The notes under the pieces are model-generated. The model was not told the origin of the DNA. It worked only from the letters and a program-made list of their open reading frames with translations, and ran no database searches. Both the position numbers and the translations under genes were made by a program. A stretch of 64,000 nt of DNA, taken from a virus. This document shows, piece by piece, positions 58,377 to 64,000 of the stretch; positions within the stretch are counted from its first letter, which is position 1, and every line of letters starts with the position of its first letter. Location: the IMG/VR virus record IMGVR_UViG_3300008050_008852, positions 64,009 to 128,008 of that record, one strand, 5' to 3'.

Positions 58377-59111
58377 ATGATGAATGAACAAAAAATACGA
58401 AAATATATTCGCAAGATATTGTTAGAAACAGAACAGACTCGACGTCCTGGACGCGGTGGTTATAAAAAACAAATTCAACAGGCTGGTTCTCTTGCAAAAT
58501 CAAATCCAGGCGAATTAATGAACCGATTAAAGATATCAGCTGTTAATGGCAAAGATGATATTAGAAAGTTGAATGAATTATTTAAACAGGCTGTAAGTAA
58601 TACTCCTGAAATGTCGGCTGTATATTCTGAGCCTCAACCTCGTAAAGATAAAACAACAGGTGCTCAAGGGATTCGAATTCCCATTAAGGTTATACCACCA
58701 AGAGATGCCCGGAAATATCTTGAACACACCCTGGTAGGTGCTCAAAACTCTCGAAGAGCATTATTCATAGATGACATTCAAGTTGAGATATTGGGTAACG
58801 ATATTCTTCTATATTTTTCCAGTAAACCTTATAGCTGGGGTAAAGCACCTAAACCGCAAAAGTCAAGCTCACAATCAGCTACCGCAAAGCCTTCATCACC
58901 TCAACAAACACCTCCAGAAACGCAAAGTGAATCTGGCTCAGCCTCTAGCTCTAAAAAAGAAATCCTTGGAGAGCCAGATTTAAATCCAGATCGTGATGAA
59001 GAAGATGAAGATAATAAAGAGAGCAATATAGATTATGATCACGATAAAGATGAAGTTGATATAGCTCAGGCTCTTAGTGTTCTTGCTTTAGTTAAGGCAG
59101 CAAGAGGTTAG
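58377..59111 (+). CDS. Hypothetical protein with a prohead-type leader
   Basis: IRKYIRKILLE N-terminus; ATAATTA at 58363. Confidence 0.6.
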   Translation: MMNEQKIRKYIRKILLETEQTRRPGRGGYKKQIQQAGSLAKSNPGELMNRLKISAVNGKDDIRKLNELFKQAVSNTPEMSAVYSEPQPRKDKTTGAQGIRIPIKVIPPRDARKYLEHTLVGAQNSRRALFIDDIQVEILGNDILLYFSSKPYSWGKAPKPQKSSSQSATAKPSSPQQTPPETQSESGSASSSKKEILGEPDLNPDRDEEDEDNKESNIDYDHDKDEVDIAQALSVLALVKAARG

Positions 59112-59258
59112 ATCATGTGTTAATAGACATATGATATAAAGACTAAAAAAAATAAAAAATAAACTGAACATTTGACATATTTGATTATTATTAAATAGTG
59201 ATATTTTATCACATACTATATATTTGCACATTTAAATATTTAAATATTTGGAGGAAAA

Positions 59259-60059
59259 ATGGCAATTGATCTCGACGCAATTAGGCGCAAACTAAATCAA
59301 CTTTCTGGAAACAATTCAAAACGAAACAGCTTTTGGCGCCCAACTGAGGGTGAAGAAGCAACAGTTCGTCTTATGGCTTTTAATGATAATGACGGCCAAC
59401 CATTTAAGGAACGCTGGTTCTATTATAATATTGGTAACAACCCCGGCCTTCTTGCACCCCATCAGTTTGGAAACCCAGATCCTATTCAAGATCTTATTAA
59501 CGAGCTTCGCTCAGATCCAAACAACAAGGGTTCATATGAAATGGCCAAGAAGCTTTACCCAAAGATGCGTGTTTATGCACCGGTAATCGTTAGGGGTGAA
59601 GAGGATAAAGGCGTACGCCTTTGGGCATTTGGTAAAATGGTATATCAGTCACTTCTCAACATTATGCTTGATGAAGATTATGGTGATATTACGGATCCTG
59701 TTGAGGGGCGTGACGTAAAGGTTATATGCACAAAGGCACCAGGTCGTCAATGGGCAACAACAGAAGTTCGTCCTAGAGGCAAACAGACAAAGCTTTCATC
59801 ACAAGCAAAGCAGGCAAAGCAGTGGCTGACTGAAATTCCAAACCTTGATGATATGTATACCTGCAAGAGTCATAACGAATTAGAAAATATCATTAACGCT
59901 TGGATTAATGGTGATGAAGATTCTAGTGACGATACTTCTTCGGAAACAACTCGAGGAAGCGTAGGTAAAAGTGATGTAACTTCGGCTGTTTCTACAAAGG
60001 AATCATATGATAATATTGATGACGCCTTTGCTGATTTGGCTGCAGAATTTGATACTTGA
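59259..60059 (+). CDS. gp32: Single-stranded DNA-binding protein (T4 gp32-like)
   Basis: FWRP..VRL, FGNPDPI, VIVRGEEDKGVRLWAFGK, DITDPVEGRD; acidic C-tail; GGAGG SD. Confidence 0.85.
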   Translation: MAIDLDAIRRKLNQLSGNNSKRNSFWRPTEGEEATVRLMAFNDNDGQPFKERWFYYNIGNNPGLLAPHQFGNPDPIQDLINELRSDPNNKGSYEMAKKLYPKMRVYAPVIVRGEEDKGVRLWAFGKMVYQSLLNIMLDEDYGDITDPVEGRDVKVICTKAPGRQWATTEVRPRGKQTKLSSQAKQAKQWLTEIPNLDDMYTCKSHNELENIINAWINGDEDSSDDTSSETTRGSVGKSDVTSAVSTKESYDNIDDAFADLAAEFDT

Positions 60060-60085
60060 TATTATAACATCATAAATATAATTTT

Positions 60086-60120
60086 GAGGCCGTATATTTT
60101 ATATACGGCCTCTTTTTTTT
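60086..60120 (+). terminator. Rho-independent terminator after the SSB gene
   Basis: GAGGCCGTATAT-ttt-ATATACGGCCTC followed by T8. Confidence 0.88.
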
Positions 60121-60175
60121 GTACAAGATCTATAAATTGTCTAAGATTAGAATAAGTTTATGAGGGAAACAATAG

Positions 60176-61366
60176 ATGGCAAAAAAGAAGAAAGAAAAGA
60201 AAGACGACGATTTTACAAGTGAACTAATAATGCAGCTTAACAAGGAACAAGGTTCAAGAGTTGCTTATAATTTATCTTGTGATGCATCACCAACCCATGT
60301 AAAGCGCTGGGTAAGTACAGGATCAAAATTACTTGATTATATTTGTTCAAATAGACGAAATGGTGGATTACCAGAAGGCCGTATTGTAGAAATATTCGGA
60401 CCACCTTCAATTGGAAAGTCACATATTGCTACTCAAATTGCTGCATCTACACAAAAGATGGGTGGTATTGTAGTTTATATTGACACTGAAAACGCTACAT
60501 CGGTTGAAAATTTGGCTATGTTGGGTGTTAATGTTTCAAAGCGTTTTGTTTATGTTGATACTCATTGTACCGAAGAAGTTTTTCAAATTGCTGAATCGAC
60601 AATTTTAAAGGCAAAGAGTCTTAATAAGGATGTTCCAATTACAATTATCTGGGATTCTGTCGCGGCTTCTTCTCCAAAGGCTGAATTGGAAGGTGATTAT
60701 GATAAAAATTCTATTGGCTTAAATGCTAGAGCAATTTCGAAAGGTATGAGAAAAATTACTGGTGTTATTGGTCAAACAAACGCATTGTTAGTTTGCTTAA
60801 ACCAAACCCGTACAAAAATTGGCGTTATGTTTGGAGATCCAACTACAACAAGTGGTGGTGCCGCCATTCCGTTCCATTCATCTATTAGACTTAAACTTGG
60901 AGCTGGTCAACAAATTAAGGAAGGCGATGATGTTATAGGTATCAATGTATCTGCAAAAACAATTAAAAATAAGGTTGCTGCACCATTTAGAACAGTTAGA
61001 TTTCAGATTCATTTTGGTATTGGTATTAAGGAACATGAAGAAATATTTGATATTTTACGTAAACATGGTGCTGAGACTATTGGTAAAAACGAAGTTGAAG
61101 TATCTGGAACTGGTGCTTGGAAAACGCTAACTATAACCGATATTAAAACTGGTGAAATTAAGATTGAGAAGAAATTTCATAAAGGTTCATTTGACGAGAT
61201 TTTATTAGATCCTGAATATTCATCATATACTGACGATTTAATTGAAAAGGCAATGGTCAAAATACTTAATAGTGATTCAGAAATTGACTTTGATTCAGAA
61301 TCATATTCAGAGGTTTCTGCTCTTGCAGATGATTTAGAATTTCAAGAAGGTCTTGATTTAGGGTGA
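60176..61366 (+). CDS. recA: RecA/UvsX recombinase
   Basis: GGLPEGRIVEIFGPPSIGKS, YIDTE, IWDSVAA, NQTRTKIGVMFGDPTTTSGG, KNKVAAPFR. Confidence 0.92.
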   Translation: MAKKKKEKKDDDFTSELIMQLNKEQGSRVAYNLSCDASPTHVKRWVSTGSKLLDYICSNRRNGGLPEGRIVEIFGPPSIGKSHIATQIAASTQKMGGIVVYIDTENATSVENLAMLGVNVSKRFVYVDTHCTEEVFQIAESTILKAKSLNKDVPITIIWDSVAASSPKAELEGDYDKNSIGLNARAISKGMRKITGVIGQTNALLVCLNQTRTKIGVMFGDPTTTSGGAAIPFHSSIRLKLGAGQQIKEGDDVIGINVSAKTIKNKVAAPFRTVRFQIHFGIGIKEHEEIFDILRKHGAETIGKNEVEVSGTGAWKTLTITDIKTGEIKIEKKFHKGSFDEILLDPEYSSYTDDLIEKAMVKILNSDSEIDFDSESYSEVSALADDLEFQEGLDLG

Positions 61367-62310
61367 CAGACTATTTAATAATTGATGGCATGAATGTTTT
61401 CATGCGTCACTTTGCAGCAAATCCTGCAATTAGTGAGAATGGTGAAAGTATTGGTGGCGTAGTTGGGTTTTTAAGAGGTTTAAAAAATTTAATCAATGGA
61501 TTATATCCAAAAGAGGTAATAGTAGTTTGGGAAGGCGGCGGCAGCCCACGAAGGCGCGCCATTGACCCTAATTACAAACAATCCCGACGGCCTGTGAAAT
61601 TAAATAGATTTTATGAAGAAATTCCAACTACAGCAAGTGGTAGAAATCAACAAATAAATATGTTGATTCAGCTATTAAGATTTGGTCCAATTAAGCAATT
61701 ATACATTTCTGACTGTGAAGCAGATGATGTAATTGGATATTTGACAAATTTTGAATTGCGTAACAAGAAAATAGTAATAGCGTCATCAGATCATGATTAT
61801 TATCAACTTGTTAATGACAATATAACAATTTGGTCACCTGGGCAGAAAAAAAATATTACACAGAAAGATATTTTTGAAAAATTTAATATACGTCCAGAAA
61901 ATTTTTGTGCCGTTAGGTGTTTTTGCGGAGACAAGTCAGATGGTGTCCCTGGTGCACCAGGAGTTGGATTTAAAAGTATTACAAAACGCTTTAATTTTTT
62001 GTCAACAGATGAAAATTCAACGGTTGATGATATAATTACATTTGCTGAGCAACAGGTACTACAATCAAAATTGAAAATATATAAAAGTGTTATCGATCAT
62101 GCTGCTCGAGCTAAAATAAATTGGAAACTTATGTATCTTGGAACAAACAATTTATCTGCGTCACAAATTAGAAAAATTGAGTTTCAAATTGAACAAAACC
62201 CACCATCTTCAAAAAAGCTCGATTTTATGCGCGCATTAAAAAGATATCAAATAAATAATTTTGATGTAAATTCATACTTTATGGCATTAAACTTTATTAA
62301 CAATAAATAG
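61363..62310 (+). CDS. rnh: 5'-3' exonuclease / T4 RNase H (FEN family)
   Basis: LIIDGMN, YKQSR, EADDVIG, SSDHDYYQL, GDKSDGVPG.PGVG.K. Confidence 0.88.
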   Translation: MTDYLIIDGMNVFMRHFAANPAISENGESIGGVVGFLRGLKNLINGLYPKEVIVVWEGGGSPRRRAIDPNYKQSRRPVKLNRFYEEIPTTASGRNQQINMLIQLLRFGPIKQLYISDCEADDVIGYLTNFELRNKKIVIASSDHDYYQLVNDNITIWSPGQKKNITQKDIFEKFNIRPENFCAVRCFCGDKSDGVPGAPGVGFKSITKRFNFLSTDENSTVDDIITFAEQQVLQSKLKIYKSVIDHAARAKINWKLMYLGTNNLSASQIRKIEFQIEQNPPSSKKLDFMRALKRYQINNFDVNSYFMALNFINNK

Positions 62311-62321
62311 GAAATACAAAC

Positions 62322-63731
62322 ATGTCAGCAGATATAGCAACAGTTATACCTACACCAAAATCTGGAATTGCACACTTTCAGACTTATGGTAAACATTTTC
62401 AAGAAAAAATTCTTCAAGGACTTTTAACAGATCATTCATGGGCGTCTCAGATGCTTGAAGTTATGTTACCTGATTTTTTTGAATTACGCTACTTGACATA
62501 TTTAAGCGAAAAATATTTTGTATATTTCGCAAAATATCGTACATTTCCAACTCAAAATTTGTTGATTTCAATAGTCCGTGATGATTTATTGAATGATCAT
62601 GACATTCTGCTAAAGGAACAAATAATTGATTATCTTCAGCGTATGAAAATGGAGCCGGATCTTGGTGATATTCAATTTGTTAAGGATCGTGCACTTGATT
62701 TTTGTAAGCGCCAAGCATTTAAAGAAGCACTAGAAGAAGCAGTTGAATTGATAGGTGATGATAAATATGAATCAGTGATTGGTTTGATGAAAGGTGCTGT
62801 AAGCGTTGGTATGCCAAATACTGTTGGACATGATTTCTTTGCTGATGCTGAGGCCAGATTTGTTAAGACAAGCAGGGTTACTGTACCGACAGGTTTGTCC
62901 CGAATTGACTCCCACGATATTCTTCGTGGAGGTCTTGGTAGAGGTGAAATCGGTGTTGTTACTGCAAATACTGGTGTTGGAAAAAGTCATTTTTTAGTTC
63001 AGGTTGGAGCAGCAGCTATGCTGGCTGGAAAAAACGTTGTTCATTATACCCTTGAATTATCTGAAGAGGCTGTTGGTATTAGATATGATAGTAACTTGGC
63101 AAATATACCAAGTAATGAAGTACAAGATCGAAAAGAAGAAGTGTTAAGTAAGTACGAAGATCTTGATTTAGGCGGTTTAATAATTAAGGAGTATCCTACT
63201 GGTGGCGCCAGTATTCTAACTATTAGAAATCATCTTGACAAGCTTTTACTTCGCGACTTTAAGCCAAATGTTATTATTATTGATTATGCAGACATTATGC
63301 GTTCCACACGTCAATTTGATTCTTTACGCCATGAATTAAAATTAGTTTATGAAGAACTTAGGAATCTTGCTATGGAACTTAAGATCCCAATTTGGACAGC
63401 AAGTCAAGCAAATAGAGATTCTGCAAATTCTGATATTGTTGGTCTTGAAAATATGTCTGAGGCATATGGAAAAGCAATGGTTGCAGATGTAGTGCTATCA
63501 ATTTCTAGAAAACCCACCGAAAAAGCATCGGGTTCTGGACGCCTATTTATTGCAAAAAATAGAGCTGGCAGAGATGGTTTGCTTTTTCCAGTTAACATTG
63601 ATACAGCCAGATCTAAATTTACCATACTTGATGAGAGCTCATTGACATTAAATGAAGCGATTCAACAAGATGAAAGTGATATGAAGAATACACTTCGTGA
63701 GAAGTGGCAAAAAATGAAGGACAATAGATAG
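62322..63731 (+). CDS. dnaB: Replicative helicase (gp41/DnaB family)
   Basis: ANTGVGKS, YTLELSE, IIDYAD, IWTASQANR, IAKNRAG. Confidence 0.9.
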   Translation: MSADIATVIPTPKSGIAHFQTYGKHFQEKILQGLLTDHSWASQMLEVMLPDFFELRYLTYLSEKYFVYFAKYRTFPTQNLLISIVRDDLLNDHDILLKEQIIDYLQRMKMEPDLGDIQFVKDRALDFCKRQAFKEALEEAVELIGDDKYESVIGLMKGAVSVGMPNTVGHDFFADAEARFVKTSRVTVPTGLSRIDSHDILRGGLGRGEIGVVTANTGVGKSHFLVQVGAAAMLAGKNVVHYTLELSEEAVGIRYDSNLANIPSNEVQDRKEEVLSKYEDLDLGGLIIKEYPTGGASILTIRNHLDKLLLRDFKPNVIIIDYADIMRSTRQFDSLRHELKLVYEELRNLAMELKIPIWTASQANRDSANSDIVGLENMSEAYGKAMVADVVLSISRKPTEKASGSGRLFIAKNRAGRDGLLFPVNIDTARSKFTILDESSLTLNEAIQQDESDMKNTLREKWQKMKDNR

Positions 63732-64000
63732 TGAAATATATTGAAAAAGATGTTTTTGAGAAATCTCTAGAATATTTTGGTGGTGATAATTTAGCCGCAT
63801 CAGTATTTTCAACTAAATATGCTCTTACCGATAAAGAAGGGAATCTTCACGAGAAAACCCCTGACGATATGCATCATAGAATGGCTAAGGAATTTGCAAG
63901 AATTGAGGCAAATTATAAAAACCCGTTAACAGAAACAGAAATTTATAATCTATTCTCATCATGGGAGGTAGTACCACAAGGCTCACCGATGTCAGGAGTT
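63731..64000 (+). CDS. nrdJ: Ribonucleotide reductase, probably class II (B12-dependent), N-terminal fragment running off the window
   Basis: Own translation from GTG 63731: MKYIEKDVFEKSLEYFGGDNLAASVFSTKYALTDKEGNLHEKTPDDMHHRMAKEFARIE..VVPQGSPMSGV. Confidence 0.75.
   Translation, partial: MKYIEKDVFEKSLEYFGGDNLAASVFSTKYALTDKEGNLHEKTPDDMHHRMAKEFARIEANYKNPLTETEIYNLFSSWEVVPQGSPMSGV

Noticed and set aside
1-64000. Alternative genetic code (stop-codon reassignment), as in some large phages
   Set aside because: TAA, TAG and TGA all end full-length conserved genes (MCP ends TAG, tube TGA, portal TAA), and coding density is high under code 11.
1-64000. CRISPR array, tRNA or rRNA genes
   Set aside because: Intergenic gaps are under about 200 nt and show no repeat-spacer periodicity or cloverleaf/T-loop signature by eye.
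63731-64000. Assigning a Bacteroidota host from the RNR N-terminus
   Set aside because: Only 90 codons are visible, and strong GGAG/GGAGG SD use across the window argues against it; the host cannot be called.

Overview
A 64-kb, AT-rich, gene-dense segment of a large T4-related myovirus (jumbo/huge-phage type), standard genetic code, almost entirely + strand. Gene order: uncharacterised virion/baseplate-tail genes (1-10.4 kb); RuvC, primase and a split SbcD/SbcC (Mre11/Rad50) module; terminase, portal, prohead protease, small head-region proteins, scaffold and major capsid protein; neck genes; three tandem tail-sheath paralogues; a minus-strand Hef-like endonuclease; tail tube, gp26/gp51-like chaperone pair, tape measure and baseplate genes; then a replication block (minimal PolA, gp32-like SSB, RecA/UvsX, 5'-3' exonuclease, gp41/DnaB helicase, start of a class II RNR). 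No tRNA, rRNA or CRISPR array was seen. Top leads: (1) the Mre11 nuclease fold is broken across two ORFs at an inserted acidic/basic module that could act as a reassembly clasp; (2) a likely +1/-2 frameshift at a T7 run joins the gp26-like and gp51-like ORFs; (3) a three-sheath tail with identical DNA tracts between paralogues; (4) a nested, separately promoted scaffold isoform carrying a protamine-like segment; (5) over-represented GCCGGC/GGCGCC palindromes; (6) a GC-rich C-terminal cassette on the baseplate hub. All product calls come from motif recognition and gene order by eye; no database search was run.
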